The position numbers and the translations under genes were made by a program. The notes below the pieces were generated by a model that ran no database searches, was not told where the DNA came from, and saw only the letters and a list, made by a program, of their open reading frames with translations. Below are positions 1 to 15,000 of a DNA stretch of 64,000 bases, one piece after another. How positions within the stretch are numbered: the first letter of the stretch is position 1; every line of letters begins with the position of its first letter. The DNA is from Eledone cirrhosa (taxonomy: Eukaryota), in the NCBI GenBank assembly GCA_964016885.1, contig OZ024741.1, forward strand, positions 397,296,001-397,360,000. The letters are read 5' to 3'.

Positions 1-3000
1 CTCTCTTTCACTCACTACCTCCGTCTGTCTCACTCACTCCTTCTCTCTCTTTCACTCACTTCCTCCGTCTCTCTCACTCTCCCTATCTCTCTCTTTCACT
101 CACTACCTCCGTCTCTCTCACTCTCCCTACCTCTCTCTTTCACTCACTACCTCCGTCCCTCTCACTCTCCCCATCTCTCTTTTCACTCACTACCTCCGTC
201 TCTCTCACTCTCCCCATCTCTCTCTTTCACTCACTACCACCGTCTCTCTCACTCTCCCCATCTCTCTCTTTCACTCACTACGTCCGTCTCTCTCACTCTC
301 CCCATCTCTCTCTTTCACTCACTACCTCCGTCTCTCTTACTCTCCCCATCTCTCTCTTTCACTCACTACCTCCGTCTCTCTCACTCTCCCCATCTCTCTC
401 TTTCACTCACTACCTCCGTCTCTCTCACTCTCCCCATCTCTCTCCTTCACTCACTATCTCCGTTTCTCTCACTCTCCCCATATCTTTTTTCCTCACTACC
501 TCCGTCTGTCTCACTCACCCCTTCTCTCTCTTTGACTCACTTCCTCCGTCTCTCTCACTCTCCCCACTTATCTCTTTCACTCACTACCTCCGTCTCTTTC
601 ACTCTCCCCATCTCTCTTTTTCACTTACTACCTCCGTCTCTCTCACTCTCCCCATCTCTCTCTTTCACTCACTACCTACGTCTTTCTCACTCTCCCCATC
701 TCTCTCTTTCTCTCACTATCTCCGTCTCTCTCACTCTCCCCATCTCTCTCTTTCACTCACTACCTCCGTCTCTCTCACTCTCCCCATCTCTCTCTTTCAC
801 TCACTACCTCCGTCTCTCTCACTCTCCCCATCTCTCTCTTTCACTCACTACCTCCGTCTCTCTCACTCTCCCCATCTCTCTCTTTCACTCACTACCTCCG
901 TCTCACTCGCTCTCCCCATCTCTCTCTTTCACTCACTACCTCCGATTCTTTCACTCTCCCCATATCTCTTTTCCCTCACTACCTCCGTCTGTCTCACTCA
1001 CCCCTTCTCTCACTTTGACTCACTTCCTCCGTCTCTCTCACTCTCCCCATTTCTCTCTTTCACTCACTACCTCCGTCTCTCTCACTCTCACCATCACTCT
1101 CTTTCACTCACTACCTCCGCCTCTCTCACGCTCCCCATTTCTCTCTATCACTCACTACATCCGTCTCTCTCACTCTCCCCATCTCTCGCTTTCACTCACT
1201 ACCTCCGTCTCTCTCACTCTCCCCATCTCTCTCTTTCACTCACTACCACCGTCATTCTTACTCTCCCCATCTCTCTCTTTCTCTCACTACCTCTGCCTCT
1301 CTTACTCTCCCTATCTCTCTCTTTCACTCACTACCTCCATCTCTCTCACTCTCCCCATCTCTCCTTTCACTCACTACATCCGTCTCTCTCTCTCTCCATC
1401 TCTCTCTTTCACTCACTACCTCCGTCTCTCTCACTCTCCCTATCTCTCTCTTTCACTCACTACCTGCGTCTCGCTCACTCTCCCCATCTCTCTTTTCACT
1501 CACTACCTCCGTTTCTCTCACTCTCCCTACCTCTCTCTTTCACTCTCTACCTCCGTCCCTCTCACTCTCCCCATCTCTCTTTTCACTCACTACCTCCGTT
1601 TCTCTCACTCTCCTCATCTCTCTTTCACTCACTACCTCCGTCTCTCTCACTCTCCCCATCTCTCTCTTTCACTCACTACCTCCATCTCTCTCACTCTCCC
1701 CATCTCTCTCTTTCACTCACTACATCCGTCTCTCTCTCTCTCTCCATCTCTCTCTTTCACTCACTACCTCCGTCTCTCTCACTCTCCCTCTCTCTCTCTT
1801 TCACTCACTACCTGCGTCTCGCTCACTCTCCCCATCTCTCTTTTCACTCACTACCTCCGTTTCTCTCACTCTCCCTACCTCTCTCTTTCACTCTCTACCT
1901 CCGTCCCTCTCACTCTCCCCATCTCTCTTTTCACTCACTACCTCCGTTTCTCTCACTCTCCTCATCTCTCTTTCACTCACTACCTCCGTCTCTCGCACTC
2001 TCCCCATCTCTCTCTTTCACTCACTACCTCCATCTCTCTCACTCTCCCCGTCTCTCTTTTCCCTCACTACCTCTGTCTCTCTCACTCTCCCCATTTCTCT
2101 CTTTCACTCACGACCTCCGTCTCTCTCACTCTCCCCATCTCTCTCTTTCACTCACTACCTCCGTCTCTCTCACTCTCCCTATCTCTCTCTTTCACTCACT
2201 ACCTCCGTTTCTCTCACTCTCCCCATCTCTCTCTTTTACTCACTACCTCCGTCTCTCTCATTCTCCCATCTCTCTCTTTCACTCACTACCTCCATCTCTC
2301 TCACTCTCCCCATCTCTCTCTGTCACTCACTACCTCCGTCTCTCTTACTCTCCCCATCTCTCTCTTTCACTCACTACATCCGTCTCTCTCTCTCTCTCCA
2401 TCTCTCTCTTTCACTCACTACCTCCGTCTCTCTCACTCACCCCATCTCTCTCTTTCACTCACTACCTCCGTCTCTCTCACTCTCCGCATCTCTCACTTTC
2501 ACTCACTAACTCCGTTTCTCTCACTCTCCCCATCTCTCTCTTTCACTCACTACCTCCATCTCTCTTACTCTCCCTATCTCTCTCTTTCACTCACTACCTC
2601 CATCTCTCTCACTCTCCCCATCTCTCTCTTTCACTCACTACCTCCATCTCTCTCATTCTCCCATTTCTCTCTTTCACTCACTACCTCCGTCTCACTCACT
2701 CTCCCCATCTCTCTCAATCTCCCATCTCTCTCTTTCACTCACTACCTCCATCTCTCTCACACTCCCCATCTCTCTCTTTCACTCACTACCTCCATCTCTC
2801 TCACTCTCCCATCTCTCACTTTCACTCACTAACTCCATCTCTCTCACTCTCCCAATCTCTCTCACTCTCCCATCTCTCTCTTTCGCTCACTACCTCCGTC
2901 TCTCTCACTCTCCCTATCTTTCTCTCTCACTCACTACCTCCGTCTCTGTCACTCTCCCTATCTCTCTTTCAGTCACTACCTCCGTCTTTCTCACTCTCCC

Positions 3001-6000
3001 TACCTCTCTCTTTCACTCTCTACCTCCGTCTCTCTCACTCTCCCCATCTCTCTTTTCACTCACTACCTCCGTCTCTCTCACTCTCCCCATCTCTCTCTTT
3101 CACTCACTACCCCCGTCTCTCTCACTCTCCCCATCTCACTCTTTCACTCACTACCTCCGTCTCTCTCACTCTCCCCATCTCTCTCTTTCACTCACTACCT
3201 CCCTCTCACTCGCTCTCCCCATCTCTCTCTTTCACTCACTACCTCCGTTTCTTTCACTCTCCCCATATCTCTTTTCCCTCACTACCTCCGTCTGTCTCAC
3301 TCACCCCTTCTCTCTCTTTGACTCACTTCCTCCGTCTCTCTCACTCTCCCCATTTCTCTCTTTCACTCACTACCTCCGTCTCTCTCACTCTCACCATCAC
3401 TCTCTTTCACTCACAACCTCCGTCTCTCTCACGCTCCCCATTTCTCTCTATCACTCACTACATCCGTCTCTCTCACTCTCCCCATCTCTCTCTTTCACTC
3501 ACTACCTCCGTCTTTCTCACTCTCCCCATCTCTCTCTTTCTCTCACTACCTCCGTCTCTCTCACTCTCCCCATCTCTCTCTTTCACTCACTACCTCCGTC
3601 TCTCTCACTCTCCCCATCTCTCTCTTTCACTCACAACCTCCGATCTCTCACTCTCCTCGTCTCTCTCTTTCACGCACTACTTCCGTCTCTCTCACTCTCC
3701 CCGTCTCTCTCTTTCACTCACTACCTCCGTCTCTCTCTCTCTCCCCGTCTCTCTCTTTCACTCACTACCTCCGTCTATCTCCCTCTACCCATCTCTCTCT
3801 TTCACTCACTACCTCCGTCTGTCTCACTCACTCCTTCTCTCTCTTTCACTCACTTCCTCCGTCTCTCTCACTCTCCCTATCTCTCTCTTTCACTCACTAC
3901 CTCCGTCTCTCTCACTCTCCCTACCTCTCTCTTTCACTCACTACCTCCGTCCCTCTCACTCTCCCCATCTCTCTTTTCACTCACTACCTCCGTCTCTCTC
4001 ACTCTCCCCATCTCTCTCTTTCACTCACTACCACCGTCTCTCTCACTCTCCCCATCTCTCTCTTTCACTCACTACGTCCGTCTCTCTCACTCTCCCCATC
4101 TCTCTCTTTCACTCACTACCTCCGTCTCTCTTACTCTCCCCATCTCTCTCTTTCACTCACTACCTCTGCCTCTCTTACTCTCCCTATCTCTCTCTTTCAC
4201 TCACTACCTCCGTCTCTCTCACACTCCCCATCTCTCTCTTTCACTCACTACCTCCGTCTCTTTCACTCTCCCCATCTCTCTTTTTCACTTACTACCTCCG
4301 TCTCTCTCACTCTCCCCATCTCTCTCTTTCACTCACTACCTCCGTCTTTCTCACTCTCCCCATCTCTCTCTTTCTCTCACTATCTCCGTCTCTCTCACTC
4401 TCACCCTCTCTCTCTTTCACTCACTACCTCCGTCTCTCTCACTCTCCCCATCTCTCTCTTTCACTCACTACCTCCGTCTCTCTCACTCTCCCTATCTCTC
4501 TCTTTCACTCACTACCTCCGTCTGTCTCACTCACCCCTTCTCTCTCTTTGACTCACTTCCTCCGTCTCTCTCACTCTCCCCATTTCTCTCTTTCACTCAC
4601 TACCTCCGTCTCTTTCACTCTCCCCATCTCTCTCTTTCTCTCACTATCTCCGTCTCTCTCACTCTCCCCATCTCTCTCTTTCACTCACTACCTCCGTCTC
4701 TCTCACTCTCCCCATCTCTCTTTTCACTCACTACCTCCGTCTCTCTCACTCTCCCCATCTCTCTCTTTCACTCACTACCACCGTCTCTCTCACTCTCCCC
4801 ATCTCTCTCTTTCACTCACTACGTCCGTCTCTCTCACTCTCCCCATCTCTCTCTTTCACTCACTACCTCCGTCTCTCTTACTCTCCCCATCTCTCTCTTT
4901 CACTCACTACCTCTGCCTCTCTTACTCTCCCTATCTCTCTCTTTCACTCACTACCTCCGTCTCTCTCACTCTCCCCATCTCTCTCTTTCACTCACTACCT
5001 CCGTCTCTTTCACTCTCCCCATCTCTCTTTTTCACTTACTACCTCCGTCTCTCTCACTCTCCCCATCTCTCTCTTTCACTCACTACCTCCGTCTTTCTCA
5101 CTCTCCCCATCTCTCTCTTTCTCTCACTATCTCCGTCTCTCTCACTCTCCCCCTCTCTCTCTTTCACTCACTACCTCCGTCTCTCTCACTCTCCACATCT
5201 CTCTCTTTCACTCACTACCTCCGTCTCTCTCACTTTCCCCATCTCTCTCTTTCACTCACTACCTCCGTCTCTCTCACTCTCCCCATCTCTCTCCTTCACT
5301 CACTACCTCCGTTTCTCTCACTCTCCCCATATCTTTTTTCCTCACTACCTCCGTCTGTCTCACTCACCCCTTCTCTCTCTTTGACTCACTTCCTCCGTCT
5401 CTCTCACTCTCCCCATTTCTTTCTTTCACTCACTACCTCCGTCTCTCTCACTCTCCCCATCTCTCTTTTTCACTTACTACCTCCGTCTCTCTCACTCTCC
5501 CCATCTCTCTCTTTCACTCACTACCTCCGTCTTTCTCACTCTCCCCATCTCTCTCTTTCTCTCACTATCTCCGTCTCTCTCACTCTCCCCATCTCTCTCT
5601 TTCACTCACTACCTCCGTCTCTCTCACTCTCCCCATCTCTCTCTTTCACTCACTACCTCCGTCTCTCTCACTCTCCCCATCTCTCTCTTTCACTCACTAC
5701 CTCCGTCTCTCTCACTCTCCCCATCTCTCTCTTCACTCACTACCTCCGTCTCACTCGCACTCCCCATCTCTCTCTTTCACTCACTACCTCCGTTTCTTTC
5801 ACTCTCCCCATATCTCTTTTCCCTCACTGCCTCCGTCTGTCTCACTCACCCCTTCTCTCTCTTTGACTCACTTCCTCCGTCTCTCTCACTCTCCCCATTT
5901 CTCTCTTTCACTCACTACCTCCGTCTCTCTCACTCTCACCATCACTCTCTTTCACTCACTACCTCCGTCTCTCTCACGCTCCCCATTTCTCTCTATCACT

Positions 6001-9000
6001 CACTACATCCGTCTCTCTCACTCTCCCCATCTCTCGCTTTCACTCACTACCTCCGTCTCTCTCACTCTCCCCATCTCTCTCTTTCACTCACTACCACCGT
6101 CATTCTTACTCTCCCCATCTCTCTCTTTCTCTAACTACCTCTGCCTCTCTTACTCTCCCTATCTCTCTCTTTCACTCACTACCTCCATCTCTCTCACTCT
6201 CCCCATCTCTCCTTTCACTCACTACATCCGTCTCTCTCACTCTCTCCATCTCTCTCTTTCACTCACTACCTCCGTCTCTCTCACTCTCCCCATCTCTCTC
6301 TTTCACTCACTACCTCCGTCTCTCTGACTTTCCCCATCTCTCTCTTTCACTCACTACCTCCGTCTCTCTCACTCTCCCCATCTCTCTCCTTCACTCACTA
6401 CCTCCGTCTCTCTCACTCTCCCTATCTCTCTCTTTCACTCACTACCTCCGTCTGTCTAACTCACCCCTTCTCTCTCTTTGACTCACTTCCTCCGTCTCTC
6501 TCACTCTCCCCATTTCTCTCTTTCACTCACTACCTCCGTCTCTTTCACTCTCCCCATCTCTCTTTTTCACTTACTACCTCCGTCTCTCTCACTCTCCCCA
6601 TCTCTCTCTTTCACTCACTACCTCCGTCTTTCTCACTCTCCCCATCTCTCTCTTTCTCTCACTATCTCCGTCTCTCTCACTCTCCCCATCTCTCTCTTTC
6701 ACTCACTACCTCCGTCTCTCTCACTCTCCCCATCTCACTTTTCACTCACTACCACCGTCTCTCTCACTCTCCCCATCTCTCTCTTTCACTCACTACGTCC
6801 GTCTCTCTCACTCTCCCCATCTCTCTCTTTCACTCACTACCTCCGTCTCTCTTACTCTCCCCATCTCTCTCTTTCACTCACTACCTCTGCCTCTCTTACT
6901 CTCCCTATCTCTCTCTTTCACTCACTACCTCCGTCTCTCTCACTCTCCCCATCTCTCTCTTTCACTCACTACCTCCGTCTCTTTCACTCTCCCCATCTCT
7001 CTTTTTCACTTACTACCTCCGTCTCTCTCACTCTCCCCATCTCTCTCTTTCACTCACTACCTCCGTCTTTCTCACTCTCCCCATCTCTCTCTTTCTCTCA
7101 CTATCTCCGTCTCTCTCACTCTCCCCCTCTCTCTCTTTCACTCACTACCTCCGTCTCTCTCACTCTCCACATCTCTCTCTTTCACTCACTACCTCCGTCT
7201 CTCTCACTTTCCCCATCTCTCTCTTTCACTCACTACCTCCGTCTCTCTCACTCTCCCCATCTCTCTCCTTCACTCACTACCTCCGTTTCTCTCACTCTCC
7301 CCATATCTTTTTTCCTCACTATATCCGTCTGTCTCACTCACCCCTTCTCTCTCTTTGACTCACTTCCTCCGTCTCTCTCACTCTCCCCATTTCTTTCTTT
7401 CACTCACTACCTCCGTCTCTCTCACTCTCCCCATCTCTCTTTTTCACTTACTACCTCCGTCTCTCTCACTCTCCCCATCTCTCTCTTTCACTCACTACCT
7501 CCGTCTTTCTCACTCTCCCCATCTCTCTCTTTCTCTCACTATCTCCGTCTCTCTCACTCTCCCCATCTCTCTCTTTCACTCACTACCTCCGTCTCTCTCA
7601 CTCTCCCCATCTCTCTCTTTCACTCACTACCTCCGTCTCTCTCACTCTCCCCATCTCTCTCTTTCACTCACTACCTCCGTCTCTCTCACTCTCCCCATCT
7701 CTCTCTTCACTCACTACCTCCGTCTCACTCGCACTCCCCATCTCTCTCTTTCACTAACTACCTCCGTTTCTTTCACTCTCCCCATATCTCTTTTCCCTCA
7801 CTGCCTCCGTCTGTCTCACTCACCCCTTCTCTCTCTTTGACTCACTTCCTCCGTCTCTCTCACTCTCCCCATTTCTCTCTTTCACTCACTACCTCCGTCT
7901 CTCTCACTCTCACCATCACTCTCTTTCACTCACTACCTCCGTCTCTCTCACGCTCCCCATTTCTCTCTTTCACTCACTACATCCGTCTCTCTCACTCTCC
8001 CCATCTCTCGCTTTCACTCACTACCTCCGTCTCTCTCACTCTCCCCATCTCTCTCTTTCACTCACTACCACCGTCATTCTTACTCTCCCCATCTCTCTCT
8101 TTCTCTCACTACCTCTGCCTCTCTTACTCTCCCTATCTCTCTCTTTCACTCACTACCTCCATCTCTCTCACTCTCCCCATCTCTCCTTTCACTCACTACA
8201 TCCGTCTCTCTCACTCTCTCCATCTCTCTCTTTCACTCACTACCTCCGTCTCTCTCACTCTCCCCATCTCTCTCTTTCACTCACTACCTGCGTCTCGCTC
8301 ACTCTCCCCATCTCTCTTTTCACTCACTACCTCCGTTTCTCTCACTCTCCCTACCTCTCTCTTTCACTCTCTACCTCCGTCCCTCTCACTCTCCCCATCT
8401 CTCTTTTCACTCACTACCTCCGTTTCTCTCACTCTCCTCATCTCTCTTTCACTCACTACCTCCGTCTCTCTCACTCTCCCCATTTCTCTCTTTCACTCAC
8501 GACCTCCGTCTCTCTCACTCTCCCCATCTCTCTCTTTCACTCACTACCTCCGTCTCTCTCACTCTCCCTATCTCTCTCTTTCACTCACTACCTCCGTTTC
8601 TCTCACTCTCCCCATCTCTCTCTTTTACTCACTACCTCCGTCTCTCTCATTCTCCCATCTCTCTCTTTCACTCACTACCTCCGTCTCTGTCACTCTCCCC
8701 ATCTCTCTCTTTCACTCACTACCTCCGTCTCTCTTACTCTCCCCATCTCTCTCTTTCACTCTCTACATCTGCCTCTCTTACTCTCCCTATCTCTCTCTTC
8801 CACTCACTACCTCCATCTCTCTCACTCTCCCCATCTCTCTCTTTCACTCACTACCTCCATCTCTCTCATTCTCCCATTTCTCTCTTTCACTCACTACCTC
8901 CGTCTCACTCACTCTCCCCATCTCTCTCTTTCACTCACTGCCTCCGCCTCTCTCACTCTCCCTATCTCTCTCTTTCACTCACTACCTCCATCTCTCTCAC

Positions 9001-12000
9001 TCTCCCCATCTCTCTCTTTCAATAACCAGCTCCTTCTCTCTCACTCTCCTATTTCTCTCTTTCACTCACTACCTCCATCTCTCTCAATCTCCCATCTCTC
9101 TCAATCTCCCATCTCTCTCTTTCACTCACTACCTCCATCTCTCTCACACTCCCCATCTCTCTCTTTCACTCACTACCTCCATCTCTCTCACTCTCCCATC
9201 TCTCACTTTCACTCACTAACTCCATCTCTCTCACTCTCCCAATCTCTCTCACTCTCCCATCTCTCTCTTTCGCTCACTACCTCCGTCTCTCTCACTCTCC
9301 CTATCTTTCTCTTTCACTCACTACCTCCGTCTCTGTCACTCTCCCTATCTCTCTTTCAGTCACTACCTCCGTCTTTCTCACTCTCCCTACCTCTCTCTTT
9401 CACTCTCTACCTCCGTCTCTCTCACTCTCCCCATCTCTCTTTTCACTCACTACCTCCGTCTCTCTCACTCTCCCCATCTCTCTCTTTCACTCACTACCCC
9501 CGTCTCTCTCACTCTCCCCATCTCTCTCTTTCACTCACTACCTCCGTCTCTCTCACTCTCCCCATCTCTCTCTTTCACTCACTACCTCCCTCTCACTCGC
9601 TCTCCCCATCTCTCTCTTTCACTCACTACCTCTGTTTCTTTCACTCTCCCCATATCTCTTTTCCCTCACTACCTCCGTCTGTCTCACTCACCCCTTCTCT
9701 CTCTTTGACTCACTTCCTCCGTCTCTCTCACTCTCCCCATTTCTCTCTTTCACTCACTACCTCCGTCTCTCTCACTCTCACCATCACTCTCTTTCACTCA
9801 CTACCTCCGTCTCTCTCACGCTCCCCATTTCTCTCTATCACTCACTACATCCGTCTCTCTCACTCTCCCCATCTCTCTCTTTCACTCACTACCTCCGTCT
9901 TTCTCACTCTCCCCATCTCTCTCTTTCTCTCACTACCTCCGTCTCTCTCACTCTCCCCATCTCTCTCTTTCACTCACTACCTCCGTCTCTCTCACTCTCC
10001 CCATCTCTCTCTTTCACTCACTACCTCCGATCTCTCACTCTCCCCGTCTCTCTCTTTCACTCACTACCTCCGTCTCTCTCACTCTCCCCGTCTCTCTCTT
10101 TCACTCACTACCTCCGTCTATCTCCCTCTACCCATCTCTCTCTTTCACTCACTACCTCCGTCTGTCTCACTCACTCCTTCTCTCTCTTTCACTCACTTCC
10201 TCCGTCTCTCTCACTCTCCCTATCTCTCTCTTTCACTCACTACCTCCGTCTCTCTCACTCTCCCTACCTCTCTCTTTCACTCACTACCTCCGTCCCTCTC
10301 ACTCTCCCCATCTCTCTTTTCACTCACTACCTCCGTCTCTCTCACTCTCCCCATCTCTCTCTTTCACTCACTACCACCGTCTCTCTCACTCTCCCCATCT
10401 CTCTCTTTCACTCACTACGTCCGTCTCTGTCACTCTCCCCATCTCTCTCTTTCACTCACTACCTCCGTCTCTCTTACTCTCCCCATCTCTCTCTTTCACT
10501 CACTACCTCTGCCTCTCTTACTCTCCCTATCTCTCTCTTTCACTCACTACCTCCGTCTCTCTCACTCTCCCCATCTCTCTCTTTCACTCACTACCTCCGT
10601 CTCTTTCTCTCTCCCCATCTCTCTTTTTCACTTACTACCTCCGTCTCTCTCACTCTCCCCATCTCTCTCTTTCACTCACTACCTCCGTCTTTCTCACTCT
10701 CCCCATCTCTCTCTTTCTCTCACTATCTCCGTCTCTCTCACTCTCCCCCTCTCTCTCTTTCACTCACTACCTCCGTCTCTCTCACTCTCCCCATCTCTCT
10801 CTTTCACTCACTACCTCCGTCTCTCTCACTTTCCCCATCTCTCTCTTTCACTCACTACCTCCACCTCTCTCACTCTCCCCATCTCTCTCCTTCACTCACT
10901 ACCTCCGTTTCTCTCACTCTCCCCATATCTTTTTTCCTCACTACCTCCGTCTGTCTCACTCACCCCTTCTCTCTCTTTGACTCACTTCCTCCGTCTCTCT
11001 CACTCTCCCCATTTCTCTCTTTCACTCACTACCTCCGTCTCTTTCACTCTCCCCATCTCTCTTTTTCACTTACTACCTCCGTCTCTCTCACTCTCCCCAT
11101 CTCTCTCTTTCACTCACTACCTCCGTCTTTCTCACTCTCTCCCCATCTCTCTCTTTCTCTCACTATCTCCGTCTCTCTCACTCTCCCCATCTCTCTCTTT
11201 CACTCACTACCTCCGTCTCTCTCACTCTCCCCATCTCTCTCTTTCACTCACTACCTCCGTCTCTCTCACTCTCCCCATCTCTCTCTTTCACTCACTACCT
11301 CCGTCTCTCTTTCTCTCCCCATCTCTCTCTTCACTCACTACCTCCGTCTCACTCGCTCTCCCCATCTCTCTCTTTCACTCACTACCTCCGTTTCTTTCAC
11401 TCTCCCCATATCTCTTTTCCCTCACTGCCTCCGTCTGTCTCACTCACCCTTTCTCTCTCTTTGACTCACTTCCTCCGTCTCTCTCACTCTCCCCATTTCT
11501 CTCTTTCACTCACTACCTCCGTCTCTCTCACTCTCACCATCACTCTCTTTCACTCACTACCTCCGTCTCTCTCACGCTCCCCATTTCTCTCTATCACTCA
11601 CTACATCCGTCTCTCTCACTCTCCCCATCTCTCGCTTTCACTCACTACCTCCGTCTCTCTCACTCTCCCCATCTCTCTCTTTCACTCACTACCACCGTCA
11701 TTCTTACTCTCCCCATCTCTCTCTTTCTCTCACTACCTCTGCCTCTCTTACTCTCCCTATCTCTCTCTTTCACTCACTACCTCCATCTCTCTCACTCTCC
11801 CCATCTCTCCTTTCACTCACTACATCCGTCTCTCTCACTCTCTCCATCTCTCTCTTTCACTCACTACCTCCGTCTCTCTCACTCTCCCCATCTCTCTCTT
11901 TCACTCACTACCTGCGTCTCGCTCACTCTCACCATCTCTCTTTTCACTCACTACCTCCGTTTCTCTCACTCTCCCTACCTCTCTCTTTCACTATCTACCT

Positions 12001-15000
12001 CCGTCCCTCTCACTCTCCCCATCTCTCTTTTCACTCACTACCTCCGTTTCTCTCACTCTCCTCATCTCTCTTTCACTCACTACCTCCGTCTCTCTCACTC
12101 TCCCCATCTCTCTCTTTCACTCACTACCTCCGTTTCTCTCACTCTCCTCATCTCTCTTTCACTCACGACCTCCGTCTCTCTCACTCTCCCCATCTCTCTC
12201 TTTCACTCACTACCTCCGTCTCTCTCACTCTCCCTATCTCTCTCTTTCACTCACTACCTCCGTTTCTCTCACTCTCCCCATCTCTCTCTTTCACTCACTA
12301 CCTCCGTCTCTCTCATTCTCCCATCTCTCTCTTTCACTCACTACCTCCGTTTCTCTCACTCTCCCCATCTCTCTCTTTCACTCACTACCTCCGTCTCTCT
12401 TACTCTCCCCATCTCTCTCTTTCACTCTCTACATCTGCCTCTCTTACTCTCCCTATCTCTCTCTTTCACTCACTACCTCCATCTCTCTCACTCTCCCCAT
12501 CTCTCTCTTTCACCCACTACCTCCATCTCCCTCATTCTCCCATTTCTCTCTTTCACTCACTACCTCCGTCTCACTCACTCTCCCCATCTCTCTCTTTCAC
12601 TCACTGCCTCCGCCTCTCTCACTCTCCCTATCTCTCTCTTTCACTCACTACCTCCATCTCTCTCACTCTCCCCATCTCTCTCTTTCGTTCACCAGCTCCT
12701 TCTCTCTCACTCTCCTATTTCTCTCTTTCACTCACTACCTCCATCTCTCTCAATCTCCCATCTCTCTCTTTCACTCACTACCTCCATCTCTCTCACACTC
12801 CCCATCTCTCTCTTTCACTCACTACCTCCATCTCTCTCACTCTCCCATCTCTCACTTTCACTCACTAACTCCATCTCTCTCACTCTCCCAATCTCTCTCA
12901 CTCTCCCATCTCTCTCTTTCGCTCACTACCTCCGTCTCTCTCACTCTCCCTATCTTTCTCTTTCACTCACTACCTCCGTCTCTCCCACTCTCCCTATCTC
13001 TCTTTCAGTCACTACCTCCGTCTCTCTCACTCTCCCTACCTCTCTCTTTCACTCTCTACCTCCGTCTCTCTCACTCTCCCCATCTCTCTTTTCACTCACT
13101 ACCTCCGTCTCTCTCACTCTCCCCATCTCTCTCTTTCACTCACTACCCCCGTCTCTCTCACTCTCCCCATCTCTCTCTTTCACTCACTACCTCCGTCTCT
13201 CTCACTCTCCCCATCTCTCTCTTTCACTCACTACCTCCGTCTCACTCGCTCTCCCCATCTCTCTCTTTCACTCACTACCTCCGTTTCTTTTACTCTCCCC
13301 ATATCTCTTTTCCCTCACTACCTCCGTCTGTCTCACTCACCCCTTCTCTCTCTTTGACTCACTTCCTCCGTCTCTCTCACTCTCCCCATTTCTCTCTTTC
13401 ACTCACTACCTCCGTCTCTCTCACTCTCACCATCACTCTCTTTCACTCACTACCTCCGTCTCTCTCACGCTCCCCATTTCTCTCTATCATTCACTACATC
13501 TGTCTCTCTCACTCTCCCCATCTCTCGCTTTCACTCACTACCTCCGTCTCTCTCACTCTCCCCATCTCTCTCTTTCACTCACTACCACCGTCATTCTTAC
13601 TCTCCCCATCTCTCTCTTTCTCTCACTACCTCTGCCTCTCTTACTCTCCCTATCTCTCTCTTTCACTCACTACCTCCATCTCTATCACTCTCTCACTCTC
13701 CCCATCTCTCCTTTCACACACTACATCCGTCTCTCTCACTCTCTCCATCTCTCTCTTTCACTCACTACCTCCGTCTCTCTCACTCTCCCCATCTCCCTCT
13801 TTCACTCACTACCTGCGTCTCGCTCACTCTCCCCATCTCTCTTTTCACTCACTACCTCCGTTTCTCTCACTCTCCCTACCTCTCTCTTTCACTCTCTACC
13901 TCCGTCCCTCTCACTCTCCCCATCTCTCTTTTCACTCACTACCTCCGTTTCTCTCACTCTCCTCATCTCTCTTTCACTCACTACCTCCGTCTCTCTCACT
14001 CTCCCCATCTCTCTCTTTCACTCACTACCTCCATCTCTCTCACTCTCCCCATCTCTCTCTTTCACTCACTACCTCCGTTTCTCTCACTCTCCCCATCTCT
14101 CTTTTCCCTCACTACCTCTGTCTCTCTCACTCTCCCCATTTCTCTCTTTCACTCACGACCTCCGTCTCTCTCACTCTCCCCATCTCTCTCTTTCACTCAC
14201 TACCTCCGTCTCTCTCACTCTCCCTATCTCTCTCTTTCACTCACTACCTCCGTTTCTCTCACTCTCCCCATCTCTCTCTTTCACTCACTACCTCCGTCTC
14301 TCTCATTCTCCCATCTCTCTCTTTCACTCACTACCTCCGTCTCTCTAACTCTCCCCATCTCTCTCTTTCACTCACTACCTCCGTCTCTCTTACTCTCCCC
14401 ATCTCTCTCTTTCACTCTCTACATCTGCCTCTCTTACTCTCCCTATCTCTCTCTTTCACTCACTACCTCCATCTCTCTCACTCTCCCCATCTCTCTCTTT
14501 CACTCACTACCTCCATCTCTCTCATTCTCCCATTTCTCTCTTTCACTCACTACCTCCGTCTCACTCACTCTCCCCATCTCTCTCTTTCACTCACTGCCTC
14601 CGCCTCTCTCACTCTCCCTATCTCTCTCTTTCACTCACTACCTCCATCTCTCTCACTCTCCCCATCTCTCTCTTTCAATCACCAGCTCCTTCTCTCTCAC
14701 TCTTCTATTTCTCTCTTTCACTCACTACCTCCATCTCTCTCAATCTCCCATCTCTCTCTTTCACTCACTACCTCCATCTCTCTCACACTCCCCATCTCTC
14801 TCTTTCACTCACTACCTCCATCTCTCTCACTCTCCCATCTCTCACTTTCACTCACTAACTCCATCTCTCTCACTCTCCCAATCTCTCTCACTCTCCCATC
14901 TCTCTCTTTCGCTCACTACCTCCGTCTCTCTCACTCTCCCTATCTTTCTCTTTCACTCACTACCTCCGTCTCTCTCACTCTCCCTATCTCTCTTTCAGTC